A stretch of DNA of 64,000 nucleotides from Raillietiella orientalis (lineage: Eukaryota), in NCBI GenBank assembly GCA_036172245.1, contig JAYWIR010000042.1, positions 744,001 through 808,000 on the forward strand, in the 5' to 3' direction. This document shows positions 14,301-25,461 of this stretch, in pieces; position 1 is the stretch's first letter; each line of letters starts with the position of its first letter. A program made the position numbers and the translations under genes. The notes under the pieces are model-generated. The model saw nothing but the letters and a program-made list of their open reading frames with translations. It was not told where the DNA came from and searched no databases.

Positions 14301-17300
14301 GCTGCCGGATAGCCATCGGCATCAACTACTAATCTTCTTGTAAAAGCATTGTATTGAAGAATCGTAAAAAAAAAAAAAAGGTTTTTTACGAAACCGAATC
14401 GCCATGCTGTGGCTTGCGATTCAAGAAGCTACAATTCAAAAGAATTGTAGCTTTTTATATTTGGTACCTCAAAAGAGGTAAATCCCTAGATATTCAAATC
14501 TGATAGATCTTGAAAGTCATCCATACAGTGGCATTTGTATCCTGCTGCGATCATCGAAGGAAACTTGTGATATATGTCCTGCCTTTGAGCAGAGGCACCC
14601 ACAATCAGTAATCTTCAGTGGCATAAAGATGGCGTCGGAATCATTATCACGAAAGGCATTGAAGCTAGCATGAAAGATGGCATCCAGTGAATCATCTGAG
14701 GGATGCGCGGAAGCTGCATTACCCGATTTTATGGGCAGTTTCCAGAGGTACAAGTTTGTGAGCAACGAAATGGATACAGGAACATTTGAAGACAGAGTAG
14801 CTAACTGACATCAAGATTCATCCAGAAACGAAGCGTCTAGCTTAAAGTGAATCTAAAGCTCTCGAAACAGGAAAAGAATGTCGTTTCCGAAGCAGACAGA
14901 CACTAGAACACATTCAGGATTCTAGGTGGCTATCCCATTTGAAATACTGACCACGATTTGTATGCCTGAGAGGCAGCTAATCCAAATAAGCAGAATCGTT
15001 TAGAAAACAAGTATTTCTCATTGCTCTCCTAGAAGAAATATAAACATCTCTTATTAAACTGTGAATGTTTCCTTCTCGATCATTCTTGAAGCTATTAGCA
15101 CCACCGCTGATGAACCAATATTTTTAAAAACATCAATATTATGCGCATTCTAATGAAAGGAAAAGCCGACTGCTTAGAACAGATACCCTCGAGATGAATT
15201 CCTTAACGATGATGAAGTACCAACAGAAAGCACCCTCTAGTCAATAAGTTTCCATAAGCAAGTAACACCATTCGCAAATCGGAAGACTGCAACGGATAAC
15301 TCTTGCTTAATTGATAGCGTCCTCCCGGTTACATTTGCAAGTTTTCAGAGGCATCTCCATTTCAGTTCCCCCCTTTTCACGGGATTAGAGATGGGAACTA
15401 TAGAAATTTTCCTCCAAAGATCCACTACAAATCATTCACTCGGATGTTGCGAGCATAGAGACCTTGAGAATGAAGCAAAATACGACCCGGGCTCCCATGC
15501 AGGTATCGGAAACCCTTCGTCATGACAGGGCTTTCCTTTGATGGTGCTTCCTTTCCGTTGAGCCCTTGAATCTTGAACTGAACTGATCTTTATAAATTTT
15601 CAAAAGAGCTACCGAGTCCAAAGAGAGTTTTCTACTCAGTCTCAGCCAATTCAGTCGGACCATCGCGTTTAGCTTCGAATTCCTCAGGAAGACAGCATTG
15701 ATGTTAATCTGAACAGAATGTACAGAATGAGGCTAAAAGAGTGATGCATTCTGTAAAGGAAGGTGAAAATGTCCATCTGCAATCCAAACGTTTCAACTTC
15801 TTCTTCACGGTTATGAATCACAATTTGGAATTAATGTGTGCCTCTCAAAAGAACTAGGTGGGTGCTCGTAAGCTGCGTGAGCACCTCCATGGCATGCTAC
15901 AGGAAGTGTTCTCATCGTATCCTTGTTGCTGGTGAGGTTGGCTTCGAGTGGAATACCAGCTGGATAATAGATCCTTTCCTCAAACAAAAGCTGGAAGCTC
16001 ACAAGAATGCGAACTGCTGTCAGGAAGCTGGGAGAGAGAACATTGCTGCTATCTTGCTTCCTGTATGAGCTATGTTCACGACTCAGAGTGCATCTTCATG
16101 AAAGATGAAGTACTCGTTATGCATCTGAATCGGTCCAACCAATGAGTAAGGGTTTCTTCCTTTGCTACAAGTGGCAGTGGGAATTCAGAGACTTAGCGGT
16201 AGCGCTGTGTGGCACCATATACGACAGTGGGAAAGCTCCCTGTACCAACCGAGTAGTCATCATGCACCTCAACAGGGTACTGAAAGAGAACACAGTCAAT
16301 TTCTTTTTCGTTCTTTGTCTGTTTGGTGATATGCAGCTTCAGGGAAAAAACGCAACCCCTTGAGAGAGATGGTGACGTAAACTCCAGAGATCTCAGCCGT
16401 CTGAGCACTTCGGCTGAAAGAGTTCTTTCATCCTTTCCACCAGATCCGACCCGACAGGCCCCTCCGTTTGGAATGAAATAGAGCATCAACAGCTGTTCGG
16501 ACTGAGCAACTCTCCAGGAAACCCTAGGGCGACCGCGGGCAAGATGTGCTCAACATAGCAGCTGCAGGCATGTGCATTGAAGCCATCCTCAGTCTGCATA
16601 TTCGCACTCAGAAAAGTGACACAGTTTCGGATCACGGACCCGAGGCCACTTTTGTACTCTGAGCAGCCCCTTGTGGTAGCTTTGGGGAACGTGAGTCCTC
16701 CTGCGCGCGTCGGCCGAGAGAAGATTCGCTTTACCCCAGGACACAAATAGGCAGGGACGCCACAGAACAGAATCCCGGCTAGATCAGCAAAAGAGGTGCA
16801 GCGTTGCGGCACTCCAGAGGCTTATAAGCGGAGGAGTGCAGAGGCATCAGCCCGCCCCATCATGACAACAAGCACTGAATATTGGCTGCATTGGAATTTC
16901 CGCACTTGAATTCTTGTGTCACCAAACAGGAGAAGAGAACCGTTGCATTCCCGTCTCCTCCTTTGCTGATCTTAGACAGAAGAAGGAGTTATTTCGAAAG
17001 AATGAAAAGATCACATCTCGAATCATCCCCTCATTTCATCTGTCACCTCTGCATGATTATTTTCTCCCCTCACCGTACTGATACTCCTTGAGCGGCAAAG
17101 CTGCAGGTACAAGAAGGCAGGAGAAAGAAAGCTGAGGACATCGGCACTGCCGTGATTTTAGCCGAGGAGAGAGAAATCTCCCGGACCACGGCGGTGGCTA
17201 GAGTGTAGACCTCAAGAATGTCCATAAACCCCACCTGCCATCCAGTGGCTTGAAAGAAGTGTGCTCGCCATCCGAAAGGCTTCCTGCAATCGGAGAAGGG

Positions 17301-20300
17301 CAGTCGGGGTCGAAGAGCTCTCCGGAAGGAACAGAGTTTCTGTCTTACCTTCTGGTTCCCGCGTCTGAAAGGGAGATGGAGCTCTGCTCTGGCGGAAGCG
17401 GATGGGATTCGCGCGCACGCGCGGCGCAAAGAAAGGGAGGAGAAGAAAAATCGATGGGGTCCTGCTCGGTACGGGGCTGAACCAGAAAAGAGAAGAAGAA
17501 GGTTTTCAGTCACCATTTCTTATCTTGCGGAAGGCTCGAGAGACTCCGGGAAGCTGCGTTGAAAGGTCAGACGGAGCCTCCGGCTGATGGCAAATCTCCC
17601 CTGTGGTGATGCTCTGTAAAGCTTAGCTCCTGGCCTGATCATTCCCGAGATTTCTCCATGCAGAGAGGGCAAAAAAAATCTCGCGCGCCCGCGTCAGCGG
17701 CTTGGTTCCTCTTCCGTCATGCTCTTCTGATAAAGGGGGTGGGTAATTGGGGAGGGCTGTCTACGAATCAGGCGCAGTAAGGCGTGAAGGCTCTCGGCTA
17801 TTTCGTGCGCGGTTCCTTCGTGGCAGTGCGAAAGACTGCCAGAAGCGGAAATGGGGGGAACAAAACGGGGAGAAGGCAGGGGAGATCTAAGGAAAAACCG
17901 GGAGCGGAAAAGACGAGGCTCGCCTCTTCAGAGGAGCTGGGAAGCGGAGCGGCCACGACGGAGGATCGTGGACGGGAGCTGCGCCTCCTCTCGAGCCGGG
18001 ATCTCCGCACGCGAGGCCGGACCGCGGCCCTCGCCGCCGCCTTGCGCGACATTCCGGGTTCTCGCCTCTTCCCTCCATCTCTCCTGCGAGCTTCTGCGGG
18101 CAGGACCCGCTACCGAAGAGACCGCTGATTGCGAGGGTGCGTGTGGCAGCCCCCACTCTTCCGAGCAGCTAACTCGTTCCCTCCTTCCTTTGTTTTGCAC
18201 CAGGTGTCACTATCTTACTGTCATTGACCGTTTTCATGAATCTGTTCGCTGAGAAGATCCCCGCGTCCTCGGATGCGATTCCGGTGATAGGTAAGCCGGG
18301 AGGAGAAGGGTGGAGGAGGGACGCGCCCCCACCCCCGCTAACAATGGCTCCTTTTCCTTCGCCCTCCTCCTCTGCGCCGCCGTAGCATTTCCAGAGACTC
18401 CTGCTGATCCGTACGGGTCTCTGCGGAGGAGGAGGAGGAGACGGCGGCGTCGAGAGACCCCCTCCCTCCCCCCCCTTCAGGAGCTGCCCATCTTTGTCAC
18501 CTTCCCTCCCTTTCACCTTCCTCTCCTCTTTCCTCTCTCGTTCACCACCAGAACTGCTCTGCAGCAAGCATCAACACCCAACCACTGCTCGACATCTGAC
18601 CGTCGCATGCATTGCATTTCAGAAGTAACCATCCTGCTTTCACTGACCGTCTTCTTCAACTTAGTGGCCGAGACTCTGCCACCAGTGTCCGACGCCATGC
18701 CCTTGCTAGGTATGCTGACCCTCTTGCCCTCGCCGGAGGAACGCGTGCACCGGCCAACAGAGTCCCAGGAAGGACAGCGGAATGCGGGGTAGGGAGGGGA
18801 GGATCCCTCCAGTGCCCCACGCTGCCTCTTCCTTCCTTCTCCTTGCACCCGTCCCACTTACTAACAAGAAGCCTCCTCCAGGATCTGAGCAGCCGTGTCA
18901 GAGCGCCGACAACCTTGCGCTTCGCGCCCCGACGCCTCGGTGCGAACAGCTCCCTACCCTTCCGCAGAGACGCTCTCTCTCTCTCTTCTTGCGTATGCGC
19001 TCCTCGGTTCGGTCCTCGATCGCGAGCCCATCGGTCCATCGCTGGATCACTTGGACTCCGTCCACTCCCCGGTCCGCTTCCTCTCTGCTCCCCTCTTCCG
19101 CTCGCAGCTGCTGACCGGGACGCGCCACTCTCGGCTCTCGCACTCCCTTCCTCCAGAGCGTCGGTGAGGGACACGCATTCGCCTGCGTAGAGGAGCGGCA
19201 GCGCGGAGCGCTGTTACCAGAGGGAGAAGGGTAAAATGCGCGACGCAGAGCGGTCGCAGGAAGGGTAAGGGATGGAAGGAAGTTGCATTCGCCTGCCTCC
19301 CGCCTTAGCTTGCCTTTCGCTGCAGCTCCCCATTTCGCACGAGTAGGATCCAGGACGACGCGCCTTCCCTTCTTGTTTCTGCCCCTTTGAAGACGGATGG
19401 CTTCTCCGGAAGCTGCATCTTCGAAGACGGTGGGATCAGGAGTGGGGAGAGCAAGCGCACGTTTCTGCAGCAGACTGCGCTCCGGCGAGCGCGCCGCGGT
19501 TCCGCGGGCCATCTGACCGACCATTCTTTCTCTCTTCCCCACGAAAACTCCAGCAAGGTACTTCAACTGCATCATGTTCATGGTGGCATCCTCCGTGGTG
19601 GTCACCGTCATCGCGCTCAGCTTCCATCACAGGCTCCCGGAGTCGAGCGAGATGCCCTCATGGGTAAGTGTCAGTCCCCCTACGTCTGGAAGGCGCGCGC
19701 GGCGATCCTTCCCGCCTCTTCTTGACCGAGCTGACAACGCCGTTTCCGTTTCTCTCTCGCTTCTCGCATCATGCGTCGGGGGGAGGCGTTGGATGCCCCG
19801 CTGGCAGTGGCCGACCCACTCTTACATTGTTCGACCCACTGCAGCCGATTAGGGAAGCGGGAAAACTCCAACTGGTGAGGAGAATCATCCAGCATGTGCA
19901 AGGATGCAGAGGGATGCGCTCCCCTCTGTTCTTTTGCCAGCCACTACCGAGGATGCAAACCATCCTGGCAAGACGTTCAGGTTTCAGAAAAGAAACTACG
20001 TACCCACGTGAGGAGGATTGAGAGCGCGGCCGAGGAATCTGAATGAACTTCTTAAACGAGGGAGCTGCCCTTTGAGAGACCTCTGGGAAGTCGGAGCTCT
20101 TGGAAGAAGGAACGGAACAGATGTCAAAAGAAACACTCTGGACTACTTCACTGAAGAATCGAAGCACCATTCGGACAATCATATGAGTTCCTCGAGTCCA
20201 AGTGTGGGATGCTGGAGGCGTGCTGAGAAGGTGTGAGGATGGGGACCATGGATCCACCATGCGGAACAAACATGTGGAAAGTCTTCAGTGGAGGACGATG

Positions 20301-23300
20301 GCCTCCGTACCACCTTTGTGTTGTAGGTGGAGATCATTTCGGCTTGCTGAAATCTAGCCTATGACCCAGTTGTTCGAATCCAGCCGAGGATTTGTTAAGG
20401 GGCCGACGGAAGAACAGAGAGCACAGTTCCCTCGGCTGAAAAATGACAGGAATGTACGGGAGGTGCCACGGTCTCAGTGGGACACAGATATTGCTCGAGG
20501 ACGAAAAGAACGATCTCCTTGCTGGAGGGCTATCAATGGCGGTGTTACCGTTTCTTCTTCCAGGAAAGTGCAGATTCTTCATTTCCGACTATAGGAGGAC
20601 ACGTAGGCAAACTCACGAGGGACGCGCAAGAGGGAGTGGACATTAGGTTTTCTCTGGAAAGTAAGAAGAATCCAGGAGTGGAAGAAAAGCTACTTCTCCG
20701 TTGCCAGAAGCATCGGTTGAGAAAGCGGTTTTGAAAGCACGATCCTTCAAGTATAGGAACTTTTGGAACTTTCAAACGGCAGAAAGGCAAGACATGAAGC
20801 GGCAACTATCCTTGTTTCCATGAGTGGGAAGCGACGCGTAGTTCCTTGATGATTCCTTGCTGCCTTGGCTGGAGACCCACCGTTCTTTGCTGATAGGCTG
20901 CAACTGAGAGACGCAGGGTGGTGAGAGAGTGCTGCCGCGCTCGAGGCACCGTCGATGGTGCTTATTCTGCTAAACGTACAAAACAGCAAGCCACTGAGAG
21001 CTAGCAGCAACCTTGCTCAAGAAGGAGTGCAGATCGCTCTCCAGGAATGCAATATCCTCTTGCTCTCATTCCTTTTGCTTCGAAAGTCCAAACCGCTGAG
21101 AAGGCAGGAGGAGGTGCGTGCTCCGCCGTCGCCACCTCACGTCTCCTGCCGACAGAGTCGAGCTTCAGCCGTCGGCACAGTTTTCCAGTCGCATCCCAAG
21201 TGTTCCCACCTTCGTTCCAAAATGGCCAGCGCTGCGTACTTCCCGGTCCAGTAGTCGTCGCCTGTTGCGGGCTGTCCTCGGTTCACCGCAACTCGCCGGC
21301 CACAGTCAGGGAGTTCTTGCGTCAGCAACAAGAAATTAAAAAAGAAAAGAAAAAAAAAAAAAAAACGGATTCATCCTTGTTTCGACGCGTCTTTGTTTCC
21401 TACGCTGAGTGCCACCAATCAACGAATAAGAAAACTTTTGTTCATCTAGGAGTACTTCCCACAGTAGCAATAAAACTTCAAATCGTAATATCATCCCACG
21501 TGTGCTCTGCTGGCTAAAACGATCTGTTTCCTCTCTCCTCCCGCTGGTCGCTCTTGGTTTTTCCAAGTGCTCCTCGTTGCCTGATACACAAGCAAAATAC
21601 CTATGGGCAGTCTGTTTAATATGAGGACATAACAGCAGGCATTCGATGACACAGAATTCCCATTTCAATCGAGAAGCACGGTAGGGCGTGCGAGAATTCT
21701 GTGTCTTGGTCTGCTCGTAGCAAAGCACCTTCTGTTCGTAATGTGAGACCAGGTACGCTTCTCGTCTTTATTGGCAGAAGACAATCCTTTCCCCAAAAAA
21801 TATTCGTCCGTCCTTTTCTTCTCCTTTTTCTCCGCGTCCTTCATGGATTTGGAAGACTCGTCGAAGGACTTCGTTATCTCCACTCCAGGTCTTCGCTGGT
21901 GGTCACTCTTGCATTGCAGGTGCTCACCATTCTGACCAAATGACAACACTGTGCTGATCTTTGGGCATGACTTCGAGACACCGAGCCTTCTGTGTACAAA
22001 TTGCGCTGCCACAAATGGTACCAACAATACTACCACGCTTGCATACCTACGCAAGCACATGCCGAAGCGCAACAGATCGGCTTTTCCAACGAGGCAGGTC
22101 ACCTCGTGACTTTCAGAGCTGAGTCGCTTCATGGAACCCGCGTTTTTTGGATGATTTTCCTGGCTCCCAGAAACGGAAGCGTCCCCATGCTTACCGCGTT
22201 GCACTCTGTGCTCGTTGCTGTTGGTTATCTTGGACTTCGTGGGCAAAACCATGGCACGGCCCGTGCAAAGTCCCCGCAAGCTCTGCTTTCTTGCCCCACA
22301 AATGCGGATCTTCAAAATCCAAGTGATAAGAGGGTGTTTCCCGGAGCGGTTTCATTGCTGCATACCGATTGGATCCGAGTCAACTAAGAGGGCGCTGCTT
22401 TCCTCCTCCAGCACGCTCTGACCTGGCCTTTTGCTTGAGGGGTGCGCATTCGAAGCTCAGTTTCCTTCGACATTTCTGCTTTTCTGCTTCCTCGCACTTC
22501 CAACGGACACGTCGGGCACTTTGAGTTGAGGAATTTTTTCGTGTTTTCGGTCTAGAAAAACGCCCCTCGTTTTGCAGCCACATTGGATGACTTGGAAAAT
22601 GATTCTAGTTCTTTCGTCCGCGCCTACGAGCCCGCGAGCAAATCACCTTGCGTGAACTCACACTAATCATGTTCGGACTCGAGCCCCATAACTGGTCCTC
22701 ATGCGTTGTCCTGCTGTCTTTGTTAATGGAGAACATTTAGGGTGGGTAAGCACTTCCGGAAGCACCAGGAGTAAGCCAGTGTTGCACACTACTTGTGCAC
22801 AGAGAAAGCGTCCGGACGGACAAGAGCTCGCCAGCAGACCACATAATGAACGGAGCCAACGTGCTCACCGTAGTCCTGCTGGACGCAATTCGAATGTTCG
22901 CTACGGCCCTCTAGAAATTCGGTCTTGTGGCCACAGAGTCAAGAATTCAAATTTCCGTTTGCGTGAAAGTTGCATTTGCATCGTGGTCAACTCTTCTGAG
23001 GCCTGCCAGAGACCCTTTTTTTTGCATTCGTGCGCAGATTTGTTCTTGTTCGGACATCTCCCAACGCTGAATTCATAGACCTCAGTAATGAAACTTTCGC
23101 ACATCGAATCGATTATCTAGTTCATAGATTTGTAATGCTGCAGAAACCTCTTCCATTCGCTTAATTTCAATTATTTCAGCTTCACATTGTGCTGCTTCAG
23201 TGGATGCCATGGATACTGAGAATGTCCCGACCAGGAGTTGAGATTACTCGCAAATCCATTATATTGAAACAAAAGATAAAAGAGCTGGAACTCAAGCAGA

Positions 23301-23650
23301 AGTCTTCCAAGAGTCTCATGGTGAACGTACTGGATATCGATGATAATCTGACTATGAAGAGCAAGAAATGTGACTTGGACTGTCCGAATTCTTGCAACAC
23401 ATTCGGCTCCTCGTGTTCTCAGAAATGCGCGAGCAGGAAACAAGAATGGTCCGAGCTTGCGCTAATTCTGGAAGAATTGAGGTTTATTACGGACAGGTTA
23501 AAAAAGCTTGAAGTCCGGGAACAGATAGTCAATGACTGGAAATTCGCTGCCATGGTCTTAGACAGATTTTGTTTGATTCTTTTCTCGTTGTTTTCTATAG
23601 CCACAATCATCACCATCCTGGTAACGTCTCCGAGAATCATAGCAAGATGA
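5305..23650 (+). CDS. nAChRalpha6: Nicotinic acetylcholine receptor alpha subunit, alpha7 group (insect alpha5/6/7; alpha6-like by its duplicated M2 exon). 5'-partial, spliced.
   Basis: Phase-compatible exons 5305-5377, 12023-12220, 18204-18290 or 18623-18709, 19554-19663 and 23180-23650 encode loop F, loop C with vicinal Cys, M1-M4 and the stop. The 87 and 110 nt exons match vertebrate CHRNA7 exons 8 and 9. Family is secure; alpha6 orthology is an inference. Confidence 0.93.
8000..9500 (-). mobile_element. Decayed LINE reverse transcriptase remnant
   Basis: [16 protein letters not shown]...NGF (9205-9489) resembles the RT pattern YRPISLTS..CK..ER...Q.GF; many stops. Boundaries are approximate. 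Confidence 0.4.
11490..11800 (-). mobile_element. MULE (Mutator-like) transposase C-terminal remnant in an nAChR intron
   Basis: [34 protein letters not shown]...[15 protein letters not shown] resembles the arthropod MULE pattern FP..WNV....TNN..E..H...HP.IW.F...L..EQ. Confidence 0.7.
12023..12220 (+). CDS. nAChR exon 7 equivalent: loop C, M1 and start of M2 ([66 protein letters not shown])
   Basis: ttccag| acceptor, |gtaagt donor, 198 nt. YxCC defines an alpha subunit; GEK is the cation-selectivity motif. Confidence 0.96.
15800..16860 (-). mobile_element. Decayed LINE 5' UTR and ORF1 remnant
   Basis: GC-rich leader followed by broken ORFs with a knuckle-like [10 protein letters not shown]. 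Confidence 0.25.
18204..18290 (+). CDS. nAChR M2 exon, variant A ((G)[28 protein letters not shown])
   Basis: ctaac branch site, pyrimidine tract, cag| acceptor, |gtaag donor, 87 nt, phase 1-1. Confidence 0.93.
18623..18709 (+). CDS. nAChR M2 exon, variant B ((E)[28 protein letters not shown])
   Basis: ctgac branch site, tttcag| acceptor, |gtatg donor, 87 nt, phase 1-1, no stops. Confidence 0.9.
19554..19663 (+). CDS. nAChR M3 exon ((A)[36 protein letters not shown])
   Basis: ctccag| acceptor, |gtaagt donor, 110 nt. [13 protein letters not shown] is typical of the insect alpha5-7 group. Confidence 0.95.
21700..22320 (-). mobile_element. Decayed LINE ORF1 (gag-like) remnant
   Basis: [15 protein letters not shown] and knuckle-like CPK...QCKSDH within the 216-aa ORF; weak resemblance only. 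Confidence 0.25.
23180..23650 (+). CDS. nAChR terminal exon: intracellular loop, MA helix and M4
   Basis: tttcag| acceptor; [28 protein letters not shown] and [14 protein letters not shown] motifs; TGA at 23648-23650. Confidence 0.96.
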   Translation, partial: LHIVLLQWMPWILRMSRPGVEITRKSIILKQKIKELELKQKSSKSLMVNVLDIDDNLTMKSKKCDLDCPNSCNTFGSSCSQKCASRKQEWSELALILEELRFITDRLKKLEVREQIVNDWKFAAMVLDRFCLILFSLFSIATIITILVTSPRIIAR

Positions 23651-24108
23651 CTACTTTTTTCTTCCACATTTAGTTCGGCATAGACAGGGGTTGGTTACGT
23701 TTGAATCATGTTAGTTATATGAGATTTCATTTTATTTGCACTTCTCCAAGGAGCGGGTGGATCCCAAATCCCCCCATTCATTATCCGTGTGGATCGCCGG
23801 AGGTGTTTTTGAATGCTTTCTCTGCGCCAGATTTGAATTTGTTCAGAAGCAAAGCACTGCAGATTAGGAGATGAGAAATGGTTCCAGAACGCCCATGCCC
23901 ACGCGAAAGTGTTCCGCAAAACTGAGGTTAAATTATTACATAATTTATTTTCATGAGACAGTGAGATTCGATTCTCTTAATCATCATCGCCGTGTTCTAA
24001 TGATTTACTCTTTAACTGGAGACTGTGATAAATTTAATATTCTGCTGAAAACGTTGACCATAATTTCTATTTGCTTAACAATTAAATCAGTGTTTTCCCT
24101 TAGCTTCA

Positions 24109-24238
24109 AATAAAATCACGTTGATACCAACTTAGAACATCACGTTCTGTTAAAAAATCCCTCTTACTACTACTCTACCATGAAATAGTGAGAGAGTAAT
24201 ACTGCAGTAAAATTTTATATCTGAATTTTTGCAATAAA
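24109..24238 (+). terminator. Candidate polyadenylation signals of the nAChR gene
   Basis: AATAAA at 24109-24114 and 24233-24238, downstream of the stop. Confidence 0.35.
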
Positions 24239-25254
24239 GGTATACATCCCAGAAAAGTTTTCATTCCATGAAGATGGTTGCATATCTGTGTACATGATTA
24301 GTGGACGCATTGTGTGTTGGAAACAGTTCCAATACTTACATTGAAAATAACTTCCGAATGCCAACTTGCGTAAGTGTATGCAATGTTAAGACCACAGTCA
24401 TCAACAACTAGGAGACGTCATTCGCTGTTGAGAGCACTTTAAAATATCATTAATTCAGGACTTAAGGACATTGGATTTGAATGGCAACAAATTCTCGAAT
24501 GCTTGGAGTCTCTGAAGCAAAGAAAACGTAGAAAGGGAGAAATAAAAAAAGGACTAATGGAAACTTCGTTTTTAAATATTTATAGCTTCGAGCCACTTAC
24601 TAGCTGAAATGTACAAAGCCTCCCTGAATTTGCATTTCTCGCTTAACGACCGAAGAATTTCCAATCTTTACAAGAGCTTAGCTGCTTTCGCAATCGTCTG
24701 AGATTTAATGGTTGCATTTCATTAGCAGCTGAAGCTTGACCGCAGGGTCATTACAAGGTTCCCTCCAATTAGCGTAAGGATTTTTATTCAATTTGGTTTC
24801 CGACACGAGGGAGAAGAATTTGCATGTGGCTTAGGGGACCCTCGGCATTGGCGTTTCCGCCGCCTGTGGCCACGCAAAGTTGTCTTCCACGCTTGCTGGT
24901 CACCACGGAACTCTCCAAGCGCACCGCCGTGCGGGGGCAGCCATGTTGGATCCGCTGCATTCGTTGCTTCTCACAGTAGCCCGAGTTACCGATGGCGGAA
25001 ACGTACGGTGACCTTTCAAAGCAACGAAAGCGTAATTTGCAAGAATGAACGAAAATGTATGTTTCGTGGTTGTAGTCAGTGCCTGCAACGAAGCATCAGC
25101 AAATGATCCTTCTGTTTTACGTGAATCGCTCGCCGTCTTACCAAGGCCTCAGATAGCAGTTTCCATTACGTAAGGCTGGCCCGGTGATGCTTCATTTTCA
25201 GAAATACGCGACGTGTAGAAAATAGAAACATTAATTCCAACAGATAACTTGGAC

Positions 25255-25433
25255 TTTATTCATATACTCCTAAATTCGGCACATTCGAAGTCAATGATCT
25301 TGCAAGTAAACCATACGGAAAAGTCGCTTTGGCATTAAAAACACATACACATATGGTTGACCTTCTAGCACAAAGTACTATAAACAGTCAGGCATGATTT
25401 TTCACCTATTTAAATGAATAAAAAACTTTTATT
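25255..25433 (-). terminator. Candidate polyadenylation signals of CNOT2
   Basis: Minus-strand AATAAA at 25428-25433 and 25255-25260. Confidence 0.4.
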
Positions 25434-25461
25434 TACACTCCTGTGCAATAGATAAGTATAT

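Noticed and set aside
14426..14456. Rho-independent terminator appearance
   Set aside because: The context is a eukaryotic intron with no bacterial genes nearby.
18710..19553. A third M2 exon (8c-like)
   Set aside because: No VTILLS-like frame was found here or in 12221-18203.
20335..20392. tRNA-like gttcgaatcc with tcggct/agccga pairing
   Set aside because: No D-arm, A box or anticodon arm.
21871..21900. Minus-strand RRPGVEIT matching nAChR exon RPGVEIT, i.e. 16/19 complementarity as a possible editing duplex
   Set aside because: The match is short, does not extend, lies in a probable LINE remnant and is plausible by chance.
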